This document shows, piece after piece, positions 1-12,073 of a stretch of 64,000 nucleotides of DNA (position 1 is the first letter of the stretch; each line of letters starts with the position of its first letter). This stretch comes from Lepidodermella squamata. Lineage: Eukaryota > Animalia > Gastrotricha. The DNA lies in contig JBLDXI010000009.1 of assembly GCA_047495785.1 (NCBI GenBank), positions 3,162,001-3,226,000 of the forward strand. Reading direction: 5' to 3'. The position numbers and the translations under genes are program-made. The notes beneath the pieces were generated by a model. It saw nothing but the letters and a program-made list of their open reading frames with translations, did not search any database and was not told the origin of the DNA.

Positions 1-11
1 GGGCGTCGGCT

Positions 12-2442
12 ATGATGACCCTGTTCGGCACTAAAGGAAATTTCGTCATTTTCGACGCTATCATCTCCGTTGCCGCCCTAATTGCCCATTGCCTAATTAT
101 CGGCCCAACTCTACGCTGCAAATTGCGACTCATCGGCTACCGGCGGCTGCTTATCAATCTTACCATCGCCGATATTTGGGCTAGTACCGTGAATTTAGCC
201 TTTTTAGCCTACCAGCTTGGTAATGAGTACAAGCCTGATTTGGTTCCTTACCAGAAGTGCGGCGCTAATTTACTGCGCAGCCTTCAGCTCACTGCCTACT
301 GCATTAACCTATTCATTTTAATCGGCATGAGCTTCGATCAATTTGTTGGCCTGTCTTACCCGATGAGATACTCATACGTAAGTGATGAACTGCATAAGTG
401 TAACCATCACTTGTTGATTGTTTCTTTCCCACAGCTTCTCAACACTCCATTGGCTAAATCATTGCCTTATGTCGCGTGGTTCATATCGCTTTGCATAGGT
501 ATGCATATCACAATCCCAAGAATAGTCAAATTCCGAAGACTCGAAGACTGAAAAAATTACAAAATCCTCGGAATTAGCTACTTTCGAAAGTTTCATCTTT
601 CAAAATTTTCAATGGAAAATTCAAGTTTTAGGATACAACATTTCCTTCCGATGGGCTTTTCAAGATTCTATTCCTCTCCCCTGAATCTCAATTTTTCTGT
701 GTTAATGCCTAACCAGTAATTAATCTCAATATTGCACGCATTTTTCGGCATCAGCACGCATTTTTCAGCGGTAATTTTATGAGTAATACTCATCGATATC
801 GATTTTTGGTATCGATTTTACAAATCAGCGATATTTCCAATATCACCGCCGAAATTGAGGTCCCATTATTATAAATTTTCTTATTTTTCACAATTTCCAC
901 TCCAGTTTCCTAGCACCCTATGCATGTCGGAGAATTTTAGAGGTAAGCTTATTGGATAGCTGAAATTAAAAAAGCAAGGATTTGTAAACTCAATAATGAA
1001 AATCGATATCGGTTATAACTTGCGAATACCGTCGATAGCCCAAAATATCGAATGCCGAAAATTTTTGATAAACACGATAATGAAAATGCCTGTTGAACGT
1101 GATGGCAGACAAATCTTTAGGAATCAAAATTTTTTTTAAATTAAAAAAGAATAAAAAATAAATCAACTTTATTGGTTTAATCATGTATTTGAACCTTAGG
1201 CATTGTTTTGACCATAATTGCTCATTTCTTTTTTTGGGTAACCATTATTGTTGACTTTTTTATAGCATTTGCTGGATATCCAATAAATGCCCTTAGCTAT
1301 TTTGCCGCAAATGGGGAAAATGTCGACTTTCGAGGTAGGTTCCATTTTCAGAGATAGAACTTGGTAGAACTTGAACCTTATTTTCCATCTCTGTATTCAG
1401 AAACTATGATCGAAAATGGACTCGACGTTAGAGAACAGCGCTTTCGAACTTTAATCGGACTACAGCAAGATTCTGGCAAAATGAGCTTGCCAAAACTGCC
1501 GTTAAACTTATCAGCCGCAGACTTATTGGATCACTTGGCCCCAGATAACAAACGGCGAGAATTCTGCGACTTCAACCTTCAGAGTAAAATTATGCAAGAA
1601 TGCTTCGTCATGCTGCTGACTGGCATCAGCTTCCTGATATTGCCGGTTACGAGCGGCATAACGATCCGCAAAATTCGAAACCATTTAGGAGCACTACAAC
1701 AAAGTACATCGAAGCTTTTCGTAACTACGTTCCTGCTCATTGGATGCTTCATTTTATGGTAAGAATTTCTGTGGTTTCAAAATTCTCTATAATTTTGTTC
1801 TCAATTTCAGTTGGGTGCCCTGTAAGTTTAGGCCTGATCACGTTTTCATGACAGAATTGTTTTCCTTTACAGTTATCGTTTTCGAATTTGGCCTGCTCAT
1901 AAGTTATAGTTCTAAGAGTGGAGACGGCTCGAAATGGCCACTCGACAAACTTCTTCCTTTCCAGAACTTTCTTCACTCGCTCAACATGTGTTACCCTCTA
2001 TTCGACGCTTTTATCTATGCATCACGAGTTCAGTCAATTAAAACGTATAGGAATTTTGTTTATCAATTTATTCAGCTTTATCGAAACTTAATTCCAGGGA
2101 GATTTTTGTAGCTTACGGCATTGATAAGTGCTTCAAAGTTGCACCTAGACCGGAAAACCCCGAAAGCCACTGCAGACAGGCGACGATTAGAATGGAGAGC
2201 TTGACCTATGATTCGAGGCTTCGATCTGTAAAATCGGTGGATCCTGAAAAATCGGTTTCCGAATTTAATGCGAAATGGGGTAAGATTACACCAGACTTTT
2301 AAGCAATGCAGCTGATTTTTCCTATTTAGATTTTGCTTCAGAATTTCCGTCATCGCCAAATCTAAGCAGACCTAAACGACAGGTCAGATCAAGTTTGATG
2401 CCAATATACTGCAATGGAAACGATAATCCGGTGCAAATGTGA
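12..2442 (+). CDS. Class A GPCR, array copy 1 (spliced)
   Basis: TM1-3 in ORF 12..551 (GYRRLLINL, ADIW, KCGAN, MSFDQF). TM5-6 in ORF 1361..1762. CWVP is completed by the 11-nt exon 1811..1821. TM7 YPLFDAFIYASR. C-tail reconstructed through GT-AG introns to TGA at 2440-2442 (least certain part). Confidence 0.9.
795..865. repeat. Fragment of dispersed repeat/MITE family A in intron of copy 1
   Basis: gatatcgattt..gtatcgatttt.caaatc.g.gat.tttcc.atatca resembles ~31716-31770 and ~34876-34930. caccgccgaaattgaggtcc resembles the family A terminal inverted repeat (TIR). Confidence 0.55.
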
Positions 2443-2669
2443 AGCCACTGCTCCTTCGTAATTGATGATAATGAAATCTCTCGATTTTATTTGACGAATT
2501 TCTTTGAAATTAAATGGAACTGTTCGATGAATGAAAATTGGTCGATTTTTGCTTTATATTTCACATATCTAAATTCATTCGGCTGGAGTTTCCGGCAGTA
2601 CGCAGTATGGTTCAGACAGGGCGCCCGATAAGGTCTAGTTGTGTAACGCGCTACACGAGTGCTCGAAAA

Positions 2670-2748
2670 GTGTCGTACCCGGGGATCGAACCCGGGCTGC
2701 CTTTCTGAGAAGGCACGGCTCTAACCTTTGAGCCACCATGGCCGACAC
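2670..2748 (-). ncRNA. tRNA-like / tRNA-derived Pol III element (pseudo-tRNA or SINE head)
   Basis: Minus strand reads GTGTCGGCCATGGTGGCTCAAAGGTTAGAGCCGTGCCTTCTCAGAAAGGCAGCCCGGGTTCGATCCCCGGGTACGACAC-TTTT. It has an A-box, D stem GCTC/GAGC, T arm CCGGG-TTCGATC-CCCGG (B-box) and a T4 terminator. Acceptor stem and anticodon loop are non-canonical. Confidence 0.7.
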
Positions 2749-5414
2749 ACACTCCGTGTTCGCTTACGCGGTTGTAAGGGGACCAGGAGGAGAGATGGGA
2801 GGTGGACTCGCTCCCTATAAGTTGTATTTATAGTTGGTTTAGGACGGGATTTTCGAGGGTGACTTTTCTCATCAGACATCAGACATATATGTCTTCTTTT
2901 ATCAGTATTATTTCATCCGCCATTCTAAAATGTTATCTTAATTACTCGACAAGACTTTTCATTCGGAACCAAGTTTCACTGAATTTTAGCAAATGAAGAG
3001 TGAATTTTTGGAAGGACTTGATGACCGTGGTTTTGGGAATATTTTTGATCTAGAAAAAACAGTTCAAAGTCAGGCTTCCGAACAGCATTGAACCCTTTTA
3101 ACGTGAAAAGAAATAATTTTGAAGTCCCAAATCCACTAACTCATGGGTCCCTCAAAAGATGTGTAGCTCTTGAATCGATTGGAACCACTGGTCGAATGTG
3201 AAGAACTGAGTTTTCAGGTTCCTGAGCTTGACAATCGGGCAGAGAGGGTTGGCAAAGTTTGAATTTAGGCACAATTATGATATCGGATGAAGTAAGAGAA
3301 ATGTCAGATTTCTCTCGGCAGTTTTAAAAGTTCGGAAACCTTTGAAGATTCCTCGAATGCTTCCGCCTGAAACTAATGCTATTGTTCTTCCTTATAGTTC
3401 TTTGAGATTTGAAGTCGATGGATTGGATTCGATGAAGCATTATGGTATTTATTTTGCTTGTGTTATCAGATTTATTAGTCCAATTTTCAACTTTTTATAT
3501 CTTTTTTTGCACGAACATTTTTTCGAGTCGCGCTGACTTGGAAACATTTCGCGTAAAAACATCATCCCTGCACATGACTTGAGCGCTGTATTTGGGCAAA
3601 TTTGTTCCTCAGTGATGTGTGTCGTAATCTCAATATTTGAAGGTTACATTTTCTGACATCGCCTGGATTTCCGACATAGGTGTCTTCACGATCGCTCTTC
3701 TATTGAGATAAAATTGACAGAAACCAGACTTTCTTGCTGGAAAAGTGGAAAAATGCAACTTAATAACAGACAATTGATAGATCTGTCGCAGACTCTCTAT
3801 TACACAATTTCAATCTATTAGGTACAATAAGGGTCTGCGGGACGTGCCGCGCGTTTTAGCGTCTATATCTATCAGAGTCTGAATATAATGTGTTAGGAAG
3901 AGTAACGATGTGAAGATAGGCTCGAGGACTACGTACTAGATCCTAGATTTACTTTAACTCGGACCTCTGTTGGATTTCATTTTCATCTGTTATGGATGTC
4001 CACGGAGCTTAATGGTGCGTCCGCAAACTAACTTCGGAGAGGGTGTGAAACTTCGGAACACTCAATCAAAACTTCGGCGACGTTATCAGTGACGATTTCC
4101 GAGCGCGCGAAATGATTCGACCGAAAGTTGCTATTGTTTGCGGGCCGAAGATTTTGAGCTATTATTTTGATTTTGAAATTAAATTAATATTTTTTAATAC
4201 ACATCAACAGCTTTTTTTAATGGCGCCCGATACTTTTTTATATTGGATTGTTTGTCAAAAGAAGGATTATTTTACTGCGCGCGCTTCATATACTTGAAAT
4301 TTACGTCATTATGGTAAATTATAGTCAATAATAGGAATTAAAGATACCACAGGAACAGTTAATTTATGTCGTCGCCCTACCATGCACCGTCAAGTGGCGC
4401 GTGCGTACCCAGTAACTGACGAACCACAACTGCTCCTCCGAAGCGTCCCTTGTTTTCACTTCAGGCGCGCAGTCCAAAGTGCGCGCGTTTGAGAACGAAA
4501 ATCTACGACTTCGGTCAGCGATTACGAAACTTGGGACGTGCAGTTTAGACACGTCTCCAAAGCCGTTTGTGAACGTAACAAAAGACTACAAAATTATATA
4601 GTCAACCCACTAGATTATCACTCGAACAAGTATTCGAATTTATTTAGTTCTCATTCATTAGTACGTAATTCATTAGTAAGATTGTCATACCTTTAAAATC
4701 GTGCTTTTTGTACTAACGCTATTCTGATGGGCTTAACCTTCTTTGAGAAACATATGGTTGATGTAAATCTCCTTGGCTATTTCAACCGCAAAAAATGGTT
4801 AGCCTTACCAGTGCTATGCGATAGGATTTTTACTATGGGACTGCGTACTAGAGTTGAGAGCTTTTCAATGCCACTCGAAGAACAAAGGCTAGTGAATAAA
4901 ATTAGAGATAACGGAGTCCTTTTGAATTATACGGTGACCAATGTGATTCGACATTCAAGTCTTGCCGAGACGCTTATTCACTACTCTCAAAATTCTCGAG
5001 TGTAAATCTCGAGTTGTCAAGATCTAACCTATCGATTCTGTCACTGATTCGACTACGCGTAATCAAGTGCCCGTTGAGTATTTCAGCGCACTTGCGCACG
5101 AGGTTGCTATTCATAAGGGAAAATGCGCACACACTTTGTCCATGTGACCGCTATGCAGGAAGTTACATTGTCTAAAATAAGTCCCAGGTGGCGAAGATTT
5201 AACGAACCAAACTAATATTCCCCCAGAGTTCATTTGATTTGGAACCCGCACTATTATAAAGTACCAGTCTAATTCAATTTGACCATCCTCGAAATTGATT
5301 CGAACAGACACATCGTAACTCCTGGGTATGATCATCATAATTCCGTTATTAAGACAGTTCCTTTTTTAATGTTAACGTACATGTTAAAACCTCATTTCAC
5401 GCCCTGAAACGACG

Positions 5415-7256
5415 ATGCTATTCGGCCCGAAAGGTAACTTCGTAATCATCGACGTTCTGCTCTCAATCACCGCGCTGCTCCTCAATTGCCTCATTATTGG
5501 ACCCACAATACGATGCAAAATGCGACTCATCGGCTATCGGCGGTTTCTTATAAATCTCATCTTCGCCGATATTTGGTCCAGTGCCGTCAATCTTGCTTAC
5601 CAGTTGTATCAGATGGGAAATGAATATGATCCCAACTTGGTTCCTTATCAAAAATGCGGGGCAAATCTACTTCGGAGTTTGCAACTATCCGGCTACTGTG
5701 TTAATCTGTTCATCCTCATCGGCATGAGCATCGACCAGTTTGTTGGATTGACCTATCCTATGAAATACGCATACGTAAGCAAAATCCGCATGTATACCCA
5801 GCTTAAAATTAGTATTCTTAGCTTCTCAACACAAAATTTGCAAGAGCCATGCCGATTTTAGTATGGACATTGTCGATTTGCATAGGTAATTTGAGTTCGA
5901 ATCGTGCAAATATAAGCGTAAACCTTTGAATATTTTTCAGCTTTCATCAATTATCCAATCAACCTGCTAAGCTACGTCGCTGAAACCCGTGAATGTAAGT
6001 TGAACTTTACCATCCATATCCACTGATTACTGTTATTTTGTTGATCAATTTTAGTTAATGATGTTTCAAGCGAGCAAAAAATGCGATTTTTCATTGACTC
6101 GGTTAAGAAACAAGTTGAACAGACAACAATGGCACCTTATGATTCACAGTTTGATGGGGACATGTCAATTTCTAGGTCTGATTCCGGGTTTTCAATGGCT
6201 GACTTTCTAGAGCAATTTGCATCGGACGTTAAGCCGCGAGAATTTTGCGATTTTCATCTTCCGAGTAAAATCATGCAAGAATGCTGCGTAATGCTATTAA
6301 CCATCATCAGCTTCTTCATCCTGCCAATCACAAGCGGGATCACTTTTCACAAAATTCATGCCCAATTCGGAGCATTGCACCGGAATACCTCGAAACTCGT
6401 CGTAACAACACTTCTTCTAATTGGATGTTTCACAATATGGTGAGTCCGTGATAGAGGTTCATGCATTGTCCTAACTTGATCTTATTACTTTCATATAGCT
6501 GGGTGCCTTGTAAGTTTAAGTCTCATTATCCTTTCGACCTATATATCTATTTCAATGTTCGCAGTCATAGTTTTCGAGTTTTGCCTACTTGTTGCATACA
6601 ACACGAATGACGATAACGGCGATGGCTCAAAATGGCTGTTAGCGAAACTGCTGCCTTTTCAAAACTTTCTTCATTCTCTTAATTTGTGTTACCCTCTTTT
6701 TGACGTATTCATCTACGCATCGAGAGTTCAAGCTTTAAGAATGTGAGGAGTATTCGATATTATCATAACCTCTCTAAAGCGTCCTGCATTTCAGTTGTAT
6801 CGCCGAGACATATGGCCTTTCGTTCATTGCCTCAAGAATCAGCAAACGAGCTGAGACTAATTCAGCATCGAATATGGGAAGGTCGGTTAGAATGGAGAAC
6901 TTGCCGATTGAGCCTGCGATATCGCCAAGGAATAATGCTGCTGAAAGTTTGGCTCTGGCCGTGATATGCAATACCGCATCTCCAGACAGATCTGGTGAGC
7001 ATTTCCATCATGCCGCTCAATCGTATCATGATTTCGTTTTAAAGGACTGCTTTTTCGGCTGACTTTTTCTACACCGGACGACACCACCAGATCGGAAAGA
7101 AAATCAATTTCATCTCAAGTTACATCTGATACTTCAGCAGGTGAAAGTGGGCCATTACTATTTCGAATGGATCAAGAAGAAACAGCCGTGAGAAGAGTTT
7201 CGAACCTTGCCGTGATCTGTGATGAATTTGATGAATCTCCCGTGGAGACCTCGTGA
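5415..7256 (+). CDS. Class A GPCR, array copy 2 (closest paralog of copy 1)
   Basis: MLFGPKGNF..GYRRFLINL..KCGAN..MSIDQF. 11-nt exon 6499..6509 (CWVP). TM7 YPLFDVFIYASR. Stop TGA 7254-7256 followed by AATAAA. Confidence 0.92.
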
Positions 7257-7690
7257 CCAAAAAGTAACTAGTCCTTTCTGAAATAAAATATACCTGTCCG
7301 TGGGAAATTGTTGCCGAAAATCTTACGTCTGCGTTAATCTATTGGAGCATATCGAAAATTGAATCAACAAAAATATGCTGCATTTCGCTGACAGGACATC
7401 GATCTTCCTCAAAAGAAGGGGTAAAGACTGTCATCATCAATCAATTACTAAAATTTGGCTGGGAGCCAATAACAATGCGAGTGTTTCTGCGCGAGTTGTT
7501 TTTTTACCCCTAACCTCAAGTTTGGGTCCTCACATCTCACAAACAACTGAAGTTGATCAATTTTTCTACTAAAAGAGGTCTGGTTTTAAGGACAGCAAGA
7601 AGCTCGTGTGAAATCGCAGGCCGAATCTACATATGTATTATTTCAAAATCTACACAGCCGGTAAGTTGAAACCATAAGTCATATATCCTC

Positions 7691-7706
7691 TGACTCACGT
7701 GACGTA
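7691..7706. promoter_or_regulatory. Overlapping AP-1 / E-box / CRE half-site composite upstream of copy 3
   Basis: TGACTCACGTGACGTA contains TGACTCA, CACGTG and TGACGT, about 225 bp upstream of the ATG at 7930. Confidence 0.3.
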
Positions 7707-7929
7707 AAAGGTCGCTGGTCCCTAATAAATGGAAATTATCACCCTTTTCCTGGTTCAAGTTTCAGCCATTCCGAGCTGCGATAGATGAAATGCAGTTAGT
7801 GATGATTGGAATTCATACTTATCTTTATTAAACGCGCGAAATCCCCCTCCTGATCGAAGTAAGCAACGGGTAGATAGAAAAATGCTTCAAAATTAGAGCT
7901 GCGATATAAGCAAATATCGAAATCTTCTA

Positions 7930-9782
7930 ATGGACCTGCGATTTAATCAAGGCTCGAAAGGATGGTTCGTCGTTGTGGACTATGCAGTTTTACTGGCCGC
8001 GTTACTCGCCAACTGCATGGCCCTGCACAGTGTCGTAAAAACCCATTTCGGCCTGAAAGCTTACCGCCGCTTCTTACTAAGCCTGGTTGCTTCTGATCTG
8101 CTCGTCTGCTTTATCAACCTGCTGAACTTCATCAATCAATCGTTCGGCGATCTACTCAATATCGGAGACGAGGTTCAGCCATGCATAACCAACTTCCTTC
8201 GAAGCCTTTTGATATTCGGGGTCTTCGCTAATCTTTACAACCTGTGCGGTATGAGTATCGATCATTACATCGGAATTGTAAGTGCTTGCTAGTTTAAAGA
8301 CAACTCCATGACATTCAATGGTTATTTCTAGATTTATCCTATCCGATACAGCTATGTAAGCATAATTTCCTTCCTCAGAACATTCTCTACTTAATTCCGG
8401 TTTAGATAACTAATCAAGGCCTGGCAAAGTGCGCTGTTGTCATCACGTGGGTCGCTGCTTTAATCTGCGGCTTTGTTGATATTCCAATCGTTTCGCTGCT
8501 ATACTGGGCAAGCAGCCATCAAGAAAGCTCCCCACCTTGGAGATCTGAGTTTCCAAATAACAGTTGTAATGAAACTTCAGATGAGTTCACGCACGAAATG
8601 GTTCGAAGGGAAGCTGCAGCTTATACCTCGCTGCCCGATCTCGAGCATGTTGACCTACATGAACTGACGAAAATCATTCAGGACAACATTGGATTCCTGA
8701 ACAGGTTTGTCCAAATTGTTCAATTTTACGAAAATGAGTTATTTACTTTTCTATTAGGTCATTACTAAATAAGTCTCCCTGTGATGGGGACGAAGCGTTT
8801 TTTCAACGTGAGACACAATTTATCAATGAACTGAAAGATTTCGAATCGCGACTCGACCATGACATAACAAACAGCTGGTGTTTGTTCTCGAATAGCCAAA
8901 AAATATGGCTGGAACTTTTCGTCGTCTTCTGCACCGTCGTTTGCTTCGTCTTCCTTGTCCTGTGCTACGGCAGAATTTTTCGAGCTGTGAGTAATTGCGT
9001 GATCAATCTTCGCTAATTGCACGCTGTTTTTCCCATAACAGGTCGCTCTCGAAATTCGCGAGAGGAGCATACGCAAATTAGTAATCACCACTCTGCTTTT
9101 ACTCGGTAATTTCGCTGTGTGCTGGCTGCCGCTGATGTGCCTCGAGATAACTATGTGGATCATTGTCGCGCAGGAGCCGAATTACCAGAATGGACCCCAG
9201 CCAGACAGGTATATTAATCGGCTGAATGCTGAAAGCTGAATTAATATTGAAAAATCATATAGCTTGCTTATCGCGCACAACGTTTTCAACACAATGTTTC
9301 TATCCCATCCATTGCTTGACCCGATCGTCTACGTCGCCCGGTTGCCGAATGTTCAGCGCTACGTTCTGCGAAACTACAGCTGGCTATGGTGTAGGAAGCA
9401 TCGAACTCTAGACAACGACCGCCCGCGTTGCGAATCGAAGGCTACGAGCCAAATTACGAACGTGGCGAGAACAGCAGTTACGCGAAATTGCTCTCTTCTA
9501 TCGTATCAACACGAAGCTGAGAACTTTATCGACGGAGAAGTACCGGTGAACTATGGAGTTTCGCTGAAACCGATTAAATCGTACACATCTGCTAAAAGGA
9601 ACCAACTCCGTGCCAACTTCTATCAGGGCTTATCGAATGATAGCACTAGACCGGCATTAACCAGTTTCTCTGGAATCGCTTTTGATCCTTCTCTGATATA
9701 TATGCGGGAAGATAATGTGTACTACAACCATGAACTTGAAGAGGATACGACTGAACGGACACAGAGGATTACTAGTTCGTAA
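7930..9782 (+). CDS. Class A GPCR, array copy 3
   Basis: AYRRFLLSLVASDL, MSIDHY, 24-nt exon 8332..8355, WC..KIWLE, CWLP, HPLLDPIVYVAR. Stop at 9782, AATAAA at 9802 and 9818. Confidence 0.93.
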
Positions 9783-10075
9783 AATATAAATCTATGATCA
9801 AAATAAAACTTTCGGTGAATAAAAATATGTGTTATTTTTTGGCTATTTCTGGTAGACTCTTAGTAGATTAGTCCGTTCTTACCGAAGTGACGTCGCGCAT
9901 GATTATAACGCCTTCATGCTACCGCCCTTTTAAGCTGATTAAATGCGTATCGATTTTAGACACCCTAATCCGGTCTAAGTGGAAAATTCTCGAGCAGGTA
10001 CACAGGCTAGTTTCTAATTCAATTCAGTTTTGATTTTTTCGCCTGACACAACAAAATGGCCAATTTCATTTCGCA

Positions 10076-12073
10076 ATGAATCCAACTGGTCAGCGAACGC
10101 TTTATTTCGAAATCGGAACCTCAGTTCTCGCGGTGCTCGGCAATCTATTTGCCCTTCAAGGCATTGTTGGCGGTAAATTCATTCTTAAAAACTACCGACG
10201 CTTCTTGCTAAGCTTGGTAGCAAGTGATGTCCTAATTTGTATCGTCCGGCTACTCAACGGGTCTTGCCACCTGTTCTACCGGCAAACCGAGGAAAACTAC
10301 ACAGCTTCAGGCAGATACGGAGGTGACTACTCAGACAAATGTTACTCGGCCGTTTTTCGAAGCCTTCTCACATTCGGCCTCCTCTGCAATCTTTTCAACA
10401 TCTTAGGAATGAGCATCGAGCACTTCATCGGAATTGTGAGTTCTAAGAGAATTCCTCCTTAATTTATAATATTCTTTCCTTTACTTTTATTCTCTCAGGT
10501 CTATCCAATGAAGTACAGAATTGTAAGTTTTCCTACATAATTTGCCTTTTCGATTTTTATTCGATATTTTTGAAACGCAGATAATGGCAAAAGGTATCGC
10601 ACGCAAATCGATAGCATTAGTTTGGTGCTCGGCTTTCTGCTTTGGTTTGTTCTATATTTTCCAATCTGGATCAGTTGCTTAATCCTGTCCCTCTATCACA
10701 GCTTTCACTGACGTGTTAATCGCGACAGCGGTTTTCCACGGCAAATCTCAGGTTTCTTCATTTGCACAGAACCCATGCAATGCAAGTGAGCTGAAAACAA
10801 CACCCGGCTTGGCCCCTAGAAGCAAAATATCGCTGGAAAGCCATTTTTCCCGTGGAGGCGGTATTCATTTGAATAAAAAAGCGAGTAACAATTCCCGGAA
10901 AAAGCGGAGGAATTCCACGCGGTCACGTATCGTACACTTGTTACCCAGTACCCCTAATCCGATTTTGCTGTCAAGTTTGAATGACGACGACCTAGTCATG
11001 CTCCATTCTTTCATCAAAAGCGAGCTTCATTACATAAATCGGTCAGTGTTCAATGTCACAATCTATTCCAGTTGATGATATTATTCCAATACAGGTCTAA
11101 CGATGTGTCTTGCGTGGAGAATGAATCGTACTTGCGAGGGATCGACAGCCCTCAGCCGAGCGGTCAATCATTCGATGACGTGTGGCACTTCATTAATTCG
11201 AACAAAATTTGGACCGAGGCGATTCTCGAGATAACCGCCGTCTTGTGTTTCGTTTTCCTAAGCATTTTTTATGGCAAAAGTTTCCGCGAAGTTGACATAA
11301 CCTCTTCAGCATGTGATAATGCTAAGAGGAGTATGAGAAAGCTCGCCCTTACGACCTGGCTTTTACTTGGAGTTTTTGCAATTTGCTGGTTACCGTTAAT
11401 GCTGTTCGAAGTGTCTATGCTCGCCATTGCAATCTCGACTAAGCGAATGTTTTTATCCTCCTCAATGTATGAATTGATTAGGCTAATTATTCAATGTCTT
11501 AATCTATATCTATCCCACACAGATCGTTCCTGGTCTATGATCTCCTAAACCTCCTCTTCCTCTGCAGTCCCCTACTCGACCCTGTAATTTACGTAATTAG
11601 GATTAATCAAGTTCAGAAGTCTCTAAGGAAGAAATATGGGCGCATCTTGCAATGTCTGGGGCTGTCCTCGAAGGAAGAACTAGGCGTTAGCGTACTGGCT
11701 CGGCAAGTAATGCAAATCACCATCGTAAAAGCTGTTTCCGTGGAACCCACCGCCCCAAATCAGAGTCCAATTCGACAATCAATGTCAGGAACTGCAAGTC
11801 TGTCCAATTCAGGTAAGAATCCCTTCATTAGCTGATGAATTTAATAGCCAATATATTGCCTTCTATTCAGCATATTCTGATAACATCTCACGGAGAGGAA
11901 CTCGCTTCAACCACAATAGGAAATTGCGCAGAAGTTTGGGAAGTGCTCTGGAGGAGGAGTCTCGTTACAACCGAAGCAATAGCGCAGCAGATGAAATGTT
12001 CAACGAGACGCAGCTGACCCCGCTATCTGCCGCAGCTAGTAGATCTTTTGTCAGCTCATTATCACATACGTGA
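10076..12073 (+). CDS. Class A GPCR, array copy 4
   Basis: NYRRFLLSLVASDV, MSIEHF, KIWTE, CWLP, spliced TM7 SPLLDPVIYVIR. Last exon from 11871 reads open to TGA 12071-12073. Confidence 0.9.

Noticed and set aside
4727-5338. Possible decayed gene (F-box-like LSKISPRWRR word) between copies 1 and 2
   Set aside because: Multiple stops and similarity too weak to call.
9960-9975. TAATCC (Otx-type) sites upstream of several copies
   Set aside because: A 6-mer absent from many upstream regions and not distinguishable from background.
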